A stretch of DNA of 64,000 bases from a virus: the IMG/VR virus record IMGVR_UViG_3300031576_000034, positions 4,367 to 68,366 of that record. One strand, 5' to 3'. How positions within the stretch are numbered: the first letter of the stretch is position 1; every line of letters starts with the position of its first letter. The translations under genes were made by a program, and so were the position numbers. Shown here piece after piece: positions 29,991-39,094 of this stretch. Under the pieces are notes generated by a model, which did not search any database, was not told the origin of the DNA, and was given only the letters and a program-made list of their open reading frames with translations.

Positions 29991-30296
29991 ATGACGGCTC
30001 CCTGGTCGATGCAGTGCCCGCACTGCGACAAGGACGCCCTCTGGATCGAGGGCGCGTACGTCTGTAGCAACGGCCACGAGTCGCTCGACGACGAGCCGCT
30101 GAGCTTCGGCCCAGAACCCAAGCCGAGACCAGTCACGCGCGAAGAGATCGTCACCTTCCTCGACGACAACTGCTCCATGACGCGTGAGGAGGTTCACGAG
30201 GCGATCCTCGCTGCGTGGGACCTCGCGTCGAGTGAGGAGACCGTCGGAGAGAAGTCGGCCGTGATACGCTTCCGCGCGGTGACAGAGAACCGATGA
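29991..30296 (+). CDS. Zn-ribbon hypothetical protein
   Basis: CPHC..CSNGH. Confidence 0.7.
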   Translation: MTAPWSMQCPHCDKDALWIEGAYVCSNGHESLDDEPLSFGPEPKPRPVTREEIVTFLDDNCSMTREEVHEAILAAWDLASSEETVGEKSAVIRFRAVTENR

Positions 30297-30769
30297 GCCG
30301 CGTCGTCACCTTCCGCGTCGAGGACCCCCTCTACGCCCAGCTTCACGAATTCGCGCAGCGCTCGAGCCTCTCCGAAGGCCAGGCCGCGCGCTTTCTCACC
30401 GAGGTCGGCCTCGGCAAGACGCCGCAGGACGCCGCGATCTCGGTCTACATGCGGGCTCTGTCCGCCAGGCTCAAGGCGCCGATCCGCGCGGCTCTCAAGA
30501 CCATCAAGTCGGATCTGGAGCGGTTCGCGAAAGCGTACGGTGGGGAGATGGAGTTCGAGCGAGTCGAGCCGAGGGAAGAAGAGATCCCGGAGGAGGAGAC
30601 GATGACGCCAGAGGAAGCTGGGGAGTCCGGGATGTTCGATCAGGACGAGCCGGCGGCGGAAGAACGGGGAGAGTCGGGAGCGTTCGACAGGGAGCCGGAA
30701 GTTCCGGCTCCGCCCGCAGGACTCAGTGGAAAGAAGAGGCGGCGAGGTCGCCGAGGAGGCAAGCGATGA
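30293..30769 (+). CDS. ribbon-helix-helix-like protein with acidic region and LSG-basic tail
   Basis: VVTFRVEDPLYAQL; ends AGLSGKKRRRGRRGGKR. Confidence 0.75.
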   Translation: MSRVVTFRVEDPLYAQLHEFAQRSSLSEGQAARFLTEVGLGKTPQDAAISVYMRALSARLKAPIRAALKTIKSDLERFAKAYGGEMEFERVEPREEEIPEEETMTPEEAGESGMFDQDEPAAEERGESGAFDREPEVPAPPAGLSGKKRRRGRRGGKR

Positions 30770-31032
30770 CGCTGTACTACGATACGACGCCCTCGTACCG
30801 GCCGACCATCCTTACGAGCATCACGAGCATGCAGATGCACGCCGTCGCCCCCGACGACCTGCTCGCGCGAGCCCGCGTCGAGGCCGCCCGCTACCGCGGC
30901 TGGAAGCGGATCGGCCGCTTTGAGCGAGCCGAGGAGCACCGCCGGAAGGCGCGAGAGTTCGTCGAGGCCGTACCGGTGGAGACGAAGCACCTCGGGGCGC
31001 ACAGCCGGATCCTCGCGGAGCTTTCCAAGTGA
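30766..31032 (+). CDS. hypothetical protein
   Basis: 4-nt overlaps; GGAGG RBS. Confidence 0.65.
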   Translation: MTLYYDTTPSYRPTILTSITSMQMHAVAPDDLLARARVEAARYRGWKRIGRFERAEEHRRKAREFVEAVPVETKHLGAHSRILAELSK

Positions 31033-31508
31033 TCGTCGAGCCGCCGTGCCCATCATACATTTACCTGATCGACACCGATCAGTACGCTGGCAATTTCGAG
31101 CGCGAGGTCGTCGCGTACGCGACCGGGTGCGCGTCTTCAGAAGACAGGTACGCCGTTGTAGCCGGCCACTACCGCACTGCTTTCCCGGAAGACTACCGCG
31201 GCAGGTACAACAGCATCATGTACGACGTGGTCGCTGAGATGCCCGACTACCAAGGATTCATGTGCGTCGCCGGGATCGGTGGAACACCAGTGCAGGTCGG
31301 GCAGGAAACGCAGCATCGAAGCGTCGTCATCTACCTCGTGCGGCGGCCTTCGGACGAGTTGCTTCGGCGCTGGCTCGATCGCGCGCGCGAATACCTCGAC
31401 GATCCGCAGAAGTACGACAGCCACGAGTTCGTTCCACGTGCGACGGTGTTCGGCGCAAGACTTCTCCGTGTCGAGCGCGTGTTCCACCCGGAATGGGCCG
31501 CGGCATGA
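31029..31508 (+). CDS. phage hypothetical protein
   Basis: IDTDQYAGNFERE..AYATG motif. Confidence 0.7.
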   Translation: MIVEPPCPSYIYLIDTDQYAGNFEREVVAYATGCASSEDRYAVVAGHYRTAFPEDYRGRYNSIMYDVVAEMPDYQGFMCVAGIGGTPVQVGQETQHRSVVIYLVRRPSDELLRRWLDRAREYLDDPQKYDSHEFVPRATVFGARLLRVERVFHPEWAAA

Positions 31509-31702
31509 CCGAACACGAGTTCACCACCGAGCACGTCTTCATGTGCCCCTTCTGCATGCTCGAGGTCCACATCGTTCGCGACGAGACGAACGAACCCGCG
31601 CTCATCCACGGGATGCCGCCGTGCAAGCGGTATCTCAACCTTGACGTGGTGGACTACATGCAGGCGGTCAACAGGGAGAAGGCCAAAACGGCGCCGTCGT
31701 GA
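31505..31702 (+). CDS. small Cys/His hypothetical protein
   Basis: CPFC..HGMPPC; 4-nt overlaps. Confidence 0.65.
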   Translation: MTEHEFTTEHVFMCPFCMLEVHIVRDETNEPALIHGMPPCKRYLNLDVVDYMQAVNREKAKTAPS

Positions 31703-32421
31703 AACGCATCCTCGTCACAGGCGGCCTCGGCTTCATCGGTTCAGCCTTCCTGCGCCGCTTCGTCGTGGAGCGCCCGAACATCGCGTGGCTCAACGTGGAC
31801 GCGATGACGTACTGCGCCGATCCGCGCCGCATCGACGGCATCGACAAGCTCCCGTGCTACGGCGCGCGTTTCGTCGACATCTCTCGGTGGGAGGACGTAG
31901 CTCGGTTGGTTTCGTGGGCGCCGGACACGATCGTGCACTTCGCGGCCGAGACGCACGTGGACCGAAGCATCCTCGACCCGGAGGTCTTCACGCGGACCAA
32001 CGTCGTAGGGACGCTCAACATGCCGATGGTGATCGAACGGTGCCTCACGCGGCAGCCGATCACGATCCACGGCGACGGCAAGAACCTTCGGGACTGGCTC
32101 CACGTCGAGGACCACGTCTCCGGGATCTGGACGATCCTCGAGCGCGGCAAACTCGGCGAGTCGCACAACATCGGCGGCACCGAGGAAGTCAGCAACGAGG
32201 ATGTCGTGAACGAGGTGTGCGCGTGCGTCGCCGACACGCTCGACGCGCATGTCGACGACTTCCTCGCCCTCAAGACGTACGTGACGGACCGGCCCGGCAA
32301 CGATCGGCGGTACGCCCTGGACACAACGAAGTTGCGCGCGCTAGGCTGGGCGCCGCGCAGAAGGTTCGACGAGGGCGTGGCAGAGGTTGTGGAGAGGGCG
32401 GTGCGTCGATGGAACCGGTGA
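31699..32421 (+). CDS. rmlB: dTDP-glucose 4,6-dehydratase with an in-frame internal deletion of the catalytic core
   Basis: TGGLGFIG, HFAAETHVDRSI, TNVVGTLN joined directly to MPMVI..HGDGKNLRDWLHVEDH; no STDEVYG or YxxxK. Confidence 0.85.
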   Translation: MKRILVTGGLGFIGSAFLRRFVVERPNIAWLNVDAMTYCADPRRIDGIDKLPCYGARFVDISRWEDVARLVSWAPDTIVHFAAETHVDRSILDPEVFTRTNVVGTLNMPMVIERCLTRQPITIHGDGKNLRDWLHVEDHVSGIWTILERGKLGESHNIGGTEEVSNEDVVNEVCACVADTLDAHVDDFLALKTYVTDRPGNDRRYALDTTKLRALGWAPRRRFDEGVAEVVERAVRRWNR

Positions 32422-32927
32422 AGTTCCGGCTCGAGCGGCACCGAGACGAACGCGGGCTCTTCGTCGAGCTGGCGCATCTTGGGCGGTCGATTCCGGGCTG
32501 CTCCGGGGCCCCCTTGGAGTACCCGGTCTTCGAGCAGTGGAATTGCTCGATGTCGCACGCCAGCGTCTTCCGTGGCCTCCACTTCCAAGCCCACCCTCAC
32601 GCCCAAACCAAGCTCATCACCCTCCTCTCCGGCGGCATCACCGACTGCTGCCTCGACATCCGCCCTGGCCCGACGTTCGGCCAGCTTCACAAGTTCGTTC
32701 TCGAGGTGTTCGAGGGCGTCTTCGTTCCGCCGGGCTTCGCCCACGGTTTCTACGCATTCAACGCGTCCGTCGTCGTCTACGGGTGTTCGCCGGCTCGTGT
32801 CGAAGCCGCGGAGCGCACGATCGCGCCGCCGTTCAGCGTGCTAACCGCGACGCAGTCGTTGCGGGATCGCGGTGCGCCGGCGCTCGAGGAGTTCGCGGCG
32901 AAGTACCCGGAGGAGTTGCCACGATGA
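32409..32927 (+). CDS. rmlC: dTDP-4-dehydrorhamnose 3,5-epimerase
   Basis: DERGLFVE, RGLHFQ..QTKL, DIRPGPTFG, VPPGFAHGF. Confidence 0.88.
   Translation: MEPVKFRLERHRDERGLFVELAHLGRSIPGCSGAPLEYPVFEQWNCSMSHASVFRGLHFQAHPHAQTKLITLLSGGITDCCLDIRPGPTFGQLHKFVLEVFEGVFVPPGFAHGFYAFNASVVVYGCSPARVEAAERTIAPPFSVLTATQSLRDRGAPALEEFAAKYPEELPR
32478..32515 (-). repeat. dispersed ~41-bp element, copy inside rmlC
   Basis: reverse complement AAGGGGGCCCCGGAGCAGCCCGGAATCGACCGCCCAAG. Confidence 0.85.
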
Positions 32928-33190
32928 GCGGCGGAGCCCTCGACTACGCCTACCAACACGTCGAAGCCGCGGCACGGTTGGTCCAGCAGATCGGTGAACG
33001 CGGCGAGGACCTGACGGATGCGCAGCGCGCCAAGTACGTGGCGTTCGCGGCGCATATCGACCTCGTCGCCGCGGCGTTGCACGACATCGAGTGGGTCGCG
33101 TCGGCCGACATGGGGCCGGGGGACGAGATCGCGGCCATCGACGCCTGCTTCACCGGAACGGACGCGGCGCGCGAAGGGGGCCCGAAGTAG
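32924..33190 (+). CDS. phage hypothetical protein
   Basis: MSGGALDY..LHDIEWVASAD motif; GGAGG RBS. Confidence 0.75.
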   Translation: MSGGALDYAYQHVEAAARLVQQIGERGEDLTDAQRAKYVAFAAHIDLVAAALHDIEWVASADMGPGDEIAAIDACFTGTDAAREGGPK

Positions 33191-33212
33191 TCGGAATCGA
33201 CCACCCAAGGAG
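33172..33212 (+). repeat. dispersed ~41-bp element copy
   Basis: CGAAGGGGGCCCGAAGTAGTCGGAATCGACCACCCAAGGAG. Confidence 0.9.
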
Positions 33213-33344
33213 TCGGGCCGAGCCGCCCAGGCGCACGCCACCCGGTGTGTTGGGTGCGAGGGGACGAAGCACCCAGACGGCTCAACCCGCGACAGGATCG
33301 GCGATCATGGCGGAAAGCGCAAGGGATGTGGTACTGTGCCCTAC

Positions 33345-33680
33345 ATGGCGTTCGTCAACTACGGTCCCGCCCCGCTCACCTACCGCGACCAGCAGGGGTT
33401 CGAGCATCCCGCGACGAACAACGGCCTCAAGCGCTGGGAGAACATGCTCGCGGCGCAGGGCCTCAACGGGCTCGGCTACGCCCCCGGCGAGACGCCCACG
33501 TGGCTTCGTGTCGGCTGGGGCGTCCTCGCGACGGCTTCGATGGCGGCGAGCGCCTACCACGGCTACAAGCGCAATGGCAAGGTCGGTTGGGCGATCTGGT
33601 GGGGGGCGATGGGGTTCCTCTTTCCCGTGATCACGCCGACCATCGCGCTGGCGCAGGGATTCGCGCGTCGAAAGAAGTAG
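33345..33680 (+). CDS. small membrane protein with AYHGYKRN motif
   Basis: GLNGLG; MAASAYHGYKRNGKVGWAIWWG..ALAQGF; leaderless after TGTGGTACTGT. Confidence 0.8.
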   Translation: MAFVNYGPAPLTYRDQQGFEHPATNNGLKRWENMLAAQGLNGLGYAPGETPTWLRVGWGVLATASMAASAYHGYKRNGKVGWAIWWGAMGFLFPVITPTIALAQGFARRKK

Positions 33681-34061
33681 ATGTTGATCCAGCCGAAAAC
33701 GTGTCGGTGCGGCGAAGCGTTCACGCCTTGGCGCGAAACGCAAACGCACTGCTCGACAGCGTGCTACCACCTTCGCGCGGAGACACTCCAAGGACCCGTC
33801 GCTCCGCTCGCTTCTACTCCGACGAGTGCGGCGGCTACTTCACCGCCCGCTTCCGCGACGCGCGCTACACGGGCGAGTGCGGCGGCAAGAGTGCGTACAA
33901 CATCGAGGTCGCTGGTGTGGTCGCCCGACGCGCCGCTCTGCGCCGCCTCGGACACGAAGGCACGCATCGTCGAAGACATCCAGGGCTTCTTCGAGTACGA
34001 GCGGTGCGGGCAGGGTCGGCTCGACGGGCTGAAGAAGCGCAAGCGTCGCCGGAGCAAGTGA
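33681..34061 (+). CDS. mosaic or frameshifted hypothetical protein with LDG-basic tail
   Basis: N-term CRCG..CSTAC; middle reads better in another frame; ends GRLDGLKKRKRRRSK. Confidence 0.45.
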   Translation: MLIQPKTCRCGEAFTPWRETQTHCSTACYHLRAETLQGPVAPLASTPTSAAATSPPASATRATRASAAARVRTTSRSLVWSPDAPLCAASDTKARIVEDIQGFFEYERCGQGRLDGLKKRKRRRSK

Positions 34062-34243
34062 TGGCGCACAAGACCTGCAAGCACCTGTGGGAGACGTTGC
34101 GCGACCGACGCCGCGTGCGGCTCTGCCTCACGCCGAAGGCCGCCCGTGCGCTCGCCAAGCGGACCGGGCGCGCGGTTGTGCGTGTGACGCCATCGGTAGA
34201 CACGCACTGGGACGAAACGCGCGCCGCGCGGAGCCGCGCGTGA
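34061..34243 (+). CDS. small basic protein
   Basis: TGATG overlaps on both sides. Confidence 0.6.
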   Translation: MAHKTCKHLWETLRDRRRVRLCLTPKAARALAKRTGRAVVRVTPSVDTHWDETRAARSRA

Positions 34244-34494
34244 TGTCCTGCTCCACCCGCACCTCCATCCAGACCGTCCTCTTCGACCGCTCCGTCTTCC
34301 GGTCGAAGAAGGCGATCCGCGCCTTCCTCCGCCGCAACAAGTTCCGCACGAGTCTCGACTGCAACGACAAGACGTGTCGCGCTCGCCAGCTCGCCCCCTC
34401 GCGATTCTGCAAGGGCACGTTCAGAACGATCCAGCTTCGGAAGAAGGGCGCGGGCGGAGTCAAGGCCGTGATCGGAAAGCGCAGGGCGGCGTGA
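34243..34494 (+). CDS. Tlr6F-like small basic protein
   Basis: IQTVLFDR..FLRRNKF..RARQLAP..FRTI..GVKAVIG resembles the Tlr6F pattern (recognised by eye). Confidence 0.6.
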   Translation: MSCSTRTSIQTVLFDRSVFRSKKAIRAFLRRNKFRTSLDCNDKTCRARQLAPSRFCKGTFRTIQLRKKGAGGVKAVIGKRRAA

Positions 34495-34838
34495 ACTACA
34501 CCTACAGCCAGGGCTTCTACACGCCCCCGCACACCCCCCGCCGCCCCGGCTTTTACGGCGCCGTCCCGGTCGACAACGGCTCCCCTCCGTCGACCTACGC
34601 CGTCGCAGGCGTCCTGAACAAGGAGCCGGGCTCGATGGCCCGCCTCGTCGGCGTGACGGCGATCCGCTCCATCTGCATCGCCCCCGGGATCTGGATCGTG
34701 ACCAAGCTCGTCGCTCCCGAGGTCTCGACGTGGAAGGTGCTGCTCATCTCGCTCGGGGGGTCGGCGACGATCTCGATCGGGATGCTGATGTGGTACTGGC
34801 TGCGAATGCGCGGCGAGCAGACGACGGGGGTCGCATGA
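34491..34838 (+). CDS. membrane protein
   Basis: two hydrophobic helices; 4-nt overlaps. Confidence 0.7.
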   Translation: MNYTYSQGFYTPPHTPRRPGFYGAVPVDNGSPPSTYAVAGVLNKEPGSMARLVGVTAIRSICIAPGIWIVTKLVAPEVSTWKVLLISLGGSATISIGMLMWYWLRMRGEQTTGVA

Positions 34839-35098
34839 AGAAGCAAAAGATTCCTGTGGTGGTTCGCGTCGGCCCCGGCAAAGACGTGTTTGCGGTCCTA
34901 CCTTCGATCGAAGCGAGTCGCGGGCGTTTCACGTGCTACTCGCACGCGGATCAGCACGGCGAATGCGATTCCGGGTATGTCAAGCGCGCGCGCCCTGCGA
35001 CGGCTGCGGAAGCAGCGCCGCTGCTTCGTGAGTTGCGGCGACGCTACGCGTCCGCTGGACGCGTCGTGTCGGGGCGTCGCTTGCCGCGGCGACATTGA
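34835..35098 (+). CDS. phage hypothetical protein
   Basis: VFAVLP..CYSHADQH..RPAT..LLREL motif; ends VSGRRLPRRH. Confidence 0.7.
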   Translation: MKKQKIPVVVRVGPGKDVFAVLPSIEASRGRFTCYSHADQHGECDSGYVKRARPATAAEAAPLLRELRRRYASAGRVVSGRRLPRRH

Positions 35099-35101
35099 TA
35101 G

Positions 35102-35989
35102 ATGCTCCCCGAAGGTGCAAAGTTCGAGGCCGACCTCGGCGACACCGTCATCTACGACGTGGCGCACCTCCTGCCTCGCCACGCCTTCAAGCGGTACGAG
35201 AATCGCTCCGTCTCCGAGATCGACCGCATCCTCATCCACAAGTCCGGCGCGAACGGACCTCCGGGCTACCGCGGCGCCGAAGGCATGGCCCGCTTCTGCG
35301 TCGACCACCGAGGTTGGCCCGGAGCGGCCTACCACTTCTGGCTTTCGCAGGTTCCCGACAAGGACAACGCCGGCAAGCTCGTCATTTACCGCTGCAACGC
35401 GACCTCGACGCGCAGCTACCACACCGGCAAGCTCTGCAACCGCTTCGGGATCTCGATCGCGTTCCAGGGCAACTTCGAGGGCGACGGCGATCTCATCTCG
35501 GAGGGCTTGAAGCCGACCGACGCGCAGATGGTGATGGCCGAGCTGCTCGTCTCCTGGCTTCGCGGGCAGCACCAGATCGTCTTCGGGAAGCTTGGGCCTG
35601 ACGACGACTGGGGCCTCTCGGGGCACTGGGAGTGGGGCAAGCCCGTCTGCCCCGGCGACTTCCTTCGCGCCTGGGTCATGCGCAAGCGCGGCGATGTCGC
35701 GCGCGACCCCGCCGTCGCAATCCCATCCTCGCACGAGGTCGACCCGCGCCGTTTCACCGCCCGCCAACTCCAGCAAGCGCTCGCCCTGCTTGGCCACAAC
35801 CCCGGGCAGGTCGACGGAGTCCACGGCTACCAGACTCGCGCCGCGCTCGAGGACTTCCAGAAGGGCTCTGGGCTTGTGCAGGACGGCGTGTACGGGCCCA
35901 AGACGGCCAACGCGATGCTTGCGGCGCTGCGGGCTCGGGGGCTTGCCGATGCGGGCCTCTTCGACGATCATGCGGCGAGGATCCAATGA
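35102..35989 (+). CDS. N-acetylmuramoyl-L-alanine amidase with peptidoglycan-binding domain (endolysin)
   Basis: ILIHKS, AYHF, GH..KPVCPG (Amidase_2); LQQAL..GQVDG..FQKGSGLVQDGVYGPKT (PG_binding_1). Confidence 0.88.
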   Translation: MLPEGAKFEADLGDTVIYDVAHLLPRHAFKRYENRSVSEIDRILIHKSGANGPPGYRGAEGMARFCVDHRGWPGAAYHFWLSQVPDKDNAGKLVIYRCNATSTRSYHTGKLCNRFGISIAFQGNFEGDGDLISEGLKPTDAQMVMAELLVSWLRGQHQIVFGKLGPDDDWGLSGHWEWGKPVCPGDFLRAWVMRKRGDVARDPAVAIPSSHEVDPRRFTARQLQQALALLGHNPGQVDGVHGYQTRAALEDFQKGSGLVQDGVYGPKTANAMLAALRARGLADAGLFDDHAARIQ

Positions 35990-36258
35990 AAGGCCCTGTC
36001 CGACTCACGAAGCGGGATCGCGGTCGACTTCGGCGCGCGGCCGAGTTGTACGACAAGGCTGCGCGTATTTCGCGGCGCTGCGCGGCGGGCGAGGGCTACG
36101 CGGAGTTTTCTGCGGAGCGAGCAACGCTCCTGCGGCGTGTTGCGCGCGAAAGCACCACGTTGCGGCTGAAGTTTCAAACCTCCGGTGCTGCCTACGTGCG
36201 CAAACAAGAATCGGCAGCGAGCGCCCAATTGCACGGCGCGCGTCGGCGGTGCGGCTGA
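35986..36258 (+). CDS. basic hypothetical protein with LHG-basic tail
   Basis: ATGA overlap; ends QLHGARRRCG. Confidence 0.6.
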   Translation: MKGPVRLTKRDRGRLRRAAELYDKAARISRRCAAGEGYAEFSAERATLLRRVARESTTLRLKFQTSGAAYVRKQESAASAQLHGARRRCG

Positions 36259-36509
36259 TGAACGCGTGGCAAGCAGCCGGCCTCGGCCTCCTTGGCGGTC
36301 TCACCGTCACGGGCCTCTTCTTCCTCTTCGGGCAGTCGAGGGTGGATACGGCCTTGGAGAACACGATGCGGGCGACGATCGATCGCGAGGTTCCGCCTCG
36401 TGTCCGGGCGGAGCTGGACGCGAAATTCGCGGAGTTGGGGATCGATCGGACGACGGGGACGAGGATCAACAGGTTGCTCGCGTCGATGGACCGGGCGGGG
36501 GTCCTGTGA
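36258..36509 (+). CDS. small protein with N-terminal TM
   Basis: AAGLGLLGGLTVTGLFFLFG. Confidence 0.75.
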   Translation: MNAWQAAGLGLLGGLTVTGLFFLFGQSRVDTALENTMRATIDREVPPRVRAELDAKFAELGIDRTTGTRINRLLASMDRAGVL

Positions 36510-36745
36510 AAGCACCGACGGCGATGAGGCCGGCAACCGCAGCCTTCGTCGGCGGCCTCACCGGAGCCCTCCTCGGCACGGCCGGCCTCCTCGTCTGGCG
36601 AGCCCTCCGCCTCGGCGCGATCGGGCAGGCATACGTCGTGGAGGTCGCCGCTCGAACCGCGGACGAGCACGTGGCAAGCACGTACGGCCTCACGGCGGAG
36701 CGGATCCAGCGTCTCGAATCGTACGGACGCCTCTTGACGCGCTGA
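36506..36745 (+). CDS. small protein with N-terminal TM
   Basis: AFVGGLTGALLGTAGLLVW. Confidence 0.7.
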   Translation: MKAPTAMRPATAAFVGGLTGALLGTAGLLVWRALRLGAIGQAYVVEVAARTADEHVASTYGLTAERIQRLESYGRLLTR

Positions 36746-36776
36746 CGCCGCCTCGGGTACATCGTCCTCGGGTGCA
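36734..36776 (+). promoter_or_regulatory. sigma70-type promoter for the glycosylation cluster
   Basis: TTGACG-18 nt-TACATC followed by GTCCTCGGGTGCA, similar to the 17492 promoter. Confidence 0.45.
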
Positions 36777-36851
36777 GGAAATGGATTCGGACTGGTTCGA
36801 GCTGCTCGTGATCAGCTTGTGCGTCGTGATGGCGCTGCCGTGGTTGCAGTG

Positions 36852-37502
36852 GTGCGCATCGTGAAGTCCATCTTCGCGACCATCTCCACCCTCGACCGAA
36901 TGAAGCGATTTGGCGTGTGGCACGATCAGCAGATCAACAAGGCGCGGCCTGGCATTCTGTACTTGCCGGATGCAGCGGACGCCACGCTTGGGGCGCGACG
37001 TGAGCGCGCGCGCATCGACATCCTGAAAACGACAGCGTGGGACACGCTCATCTGGCTTGACGACGACGACTACCTGCACCCCGATCGCGTCGCGAGGCAA
37101 GTGAAGTTGCTCGAAGAGCATCCCGAGGCGCCCTACACCGCCTTCACGGCCGCCCACTTCCTCGACATGAAGACGCGTCGCCTCTGCCCGTTCGAGTCCG
37201 GCGGCGCCGCCCCGCTCGCCCTCACGATGCTCCGCAGGCACGTCGTGGAGGCGATCAGCTTCGATACGAGCCTCGACTACGGCGAGGACACTCGGTACAT
37301 GATGCTCGTCGAGTCCAAATTCGGGCCCGGCCTCCGCGTTCACGATCCGTACATGACCGTCTTCGGCTGCCATCCGTACAACGTCTCCCGCGAAGCCAGG
37401 GCGGGGCTGCCGTTCACGATCCCGCTCGACGAGTTGCGCGGTCCGCTCGGCTGGACGATGGAGGACGACGCGGCGCTCGATGCGCTCGTCGCCGGGTTCT
37501 GA
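36852..37502 (+). CDS. GT-A (family 2-like) glycosyltransferase
   Basis: LGARR, WLDDDDYLHPDR, GEDT. Confidence 0.75.
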   Translation: MRIVKSIFATISTLDRMKRFGVWHDQQINKARPGILYLPDAADATLGARRERARIDILKTTAWDTLIWLDDDDYLHPDRVARQVKLLEEHPEAPYTAFTAAHFLDMKTRRLCPFESGGAAPLALTMLRRHVVEAISFDTSLDYGEDTRYMMLVESKFGPGLRVHDPYMTVFGCHPYNVSREARAGLPFTIPLDELRGPLGWTMEDDAALDALVAGF

Positions 37503-37807
37503 TGCCGCGCGTCTGGAACAAACACACCGAAGCACCCCCGGCCGACGCTGTGTACGTCGGGCGACCAACTGCGTTTGGCAACCCGTTCTCGCACATGACT
37601 GGGACGCTCGCAGCGCACCGCGTGCGCACGCGGCACGAAGCGATCGTCGCATTCGAGCGTTGGTTTGTTGCGCAGCCCGCGCTCATCGAACGTGCGAAGT
37701 TGGAACTGCGCGGCAAGGATCTCGTGTGTTGGTGCGCACCGCTGCCATGCCACGCAGCGGTGCTCCTGCGTATCGCGAACAGCGTCGAGGCGGACAAGGC
37801 TGTGTGA
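37502..37807 (+). CDS. DUF4326 family protein
   Basis: VYVGRPTAFGNPF..ELRGKDLVCWCAPLPCHA. Confidence 0.88.
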   Translation: MPRVWNKHTEAPPADAVYVGRPTAFGNPFSHMTGTLAAHRVRTRHEAIVAFERWFVAQPALIERAKLELRGKDLVCWCAPLPCHAAVLLRIANSVEADKAV

Positions 37808-37826
37808 TGTACCGAGACGGGTTCTG

Positions 37827-38033
37827 ATGCCTGCGGTGTGCGAGGGCTGTGGAGACACGGCCGAGTGCGTTATCGACCTGACGGCGATGCCGTGCACGGC
37901 GGACAATTCGCCGCTGCACATCGCGGCCTGGGATGGCACGCATCGTTTACCGCTCTGCGAGTCCTGTCGAGAACAAGCCGTCCACGCGTTACAGTGTCCG
38001 CTTGACCTGGAAGACGGAGAGGAAGACGAGTGA
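37827..38033 (+). CDS. small Zn-binding hypothetical protein
   Basis: CEGC..CESC. Confidence 0.55.
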   Translation: MPAVCEGCGDTAECVIDLTAMPCTADNSPLHIAAWDGTHRLPLCESCREQAVHALQCPLDLEDGEEDE

Positions 38034-38779
38034 TGCTATCCGTCCTCCTCGGCACCTTCAACCGCTTCCCCCACCTCCAACGCTGCCTCACAGCGTGCCG
38101 AGCGTCTTACGGTGGCGGCGATCTCGAGTTCGTCATCTGCGACGGCGGCTCAACCGACGGCTCGCGGGAGTGGCTGGCCGCGCAGCAAGACGTGATCCTG
38201 ATCGGCGAACGGAAGTTGGAAGGCGCCTGCAAGGCGATCAACCAGTGCTTCGCGCTCTCCCGAGGCGAGTACGTCACGATCCTGAACGACGACATCGCTC
38301 CCATCGAGCGAGCCCTGGATGCGGCCATCGAGCGCCTCGCCGATCCGACCATTGGTCAGGTGGCCTGCCCGTTCCGTCAGATCGACGAGGCGCGTCCATT
38401 CCACATCGAGCACGTCAACGGCCTGCCCTACGCGAACATCGCCGTGATGCGTCGCCCGCTCCTCGAAACGATCGTCGGCATCTGCGGAGGCGTCTGGAAC
38501 CCGCGCTACCGCACGTACGGCGGCGACACAGAGCTTTCATGCTGGGTCCATCGGCTCGGCTACAAGGTCGTCGAGGAGCCCAAGGCGTGCTTCGTCGACT
38601 ACATGCCACAGGACGAGCTTCGCAACGAGAACCACAAGGAGCAGCGCGGTGTCGCGGACAACCAACTCTTCTGGTCGAGGTGGAGGAGCCCGGAGATGCT
38701 CGTGCCGTTCGGGCCGCTGCCGACGGTGAAGGTGGCGGAGCGGATTGCGTTGGTGCGGTACGAGGATCGGAGACGCTGA
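38030..38779 (+). CDS. family 2 glycosyltransferase
   Basis: LSVLLGTFNR, ICDGGSTDGS, ILNDD, YGGDTEL. Confidence 0.9.
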   Translation: MMLSVLLGTFNRFPHLQRCLTACRASYGGGDLEFVICDGGSTDGSREWLAAQQDVILIGERKLEGACKAINQCFALSRGEYVTILNDDIAPIERALDAAIERLADPTIGQVACPFRQIDEARPFHIEHVNGLPYANIAVMRRPLLETIVGICGGVWNPRYRTYGGDTELSCWVHRLGYKVVEEPKACFVDYMPQDELRNENHKEQRGVADNQLFWSRWRSPEMLVPFGPLPTVKVAERIALVRYEDRRR

Positions 38780-38860
38780 TGGCGAAGGTCACGAAGCTGT
38801 GAAGAAGCTTGACATGCGCCGCGAAGTCCTTCGCGCCCTCAAGTGCGCGAGGAAAAAGTG

Positions 38861-39094
38861 ATGAACCGCAAGGTGCGTAATCTCATCTTAGGCGCTCTCG
38901 ACGATTCAGCGCAATCGGCTGAAGACCAGGCGGTGTACTACGACGACGTTCCAGGCCGGACTCGGCCGCAACACAACAAAGCGCGAGCGGCTGACCACAG
39001 ACGACGCGCAAAACGCCTGCTTGAAGCGCGCTACGAGTTCATCCTGTTGTACCAAGACACGTATCGGGACACGCGTCGGGGGAAGAAGCGATGA
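38861..39094 (+). CDS. small basic hypothetical protein
   Basis: GAGG RBS; TTGACA near 38809; ATGA overlap downstream. Confidence 0.55.
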   Translation: MNRKVRNLILGALDDSAQSAEDQAVYYDDVPGRTRPQHNKARAADHRRRAKRLLEARYEFILLYQDTYRDTRRGKKR

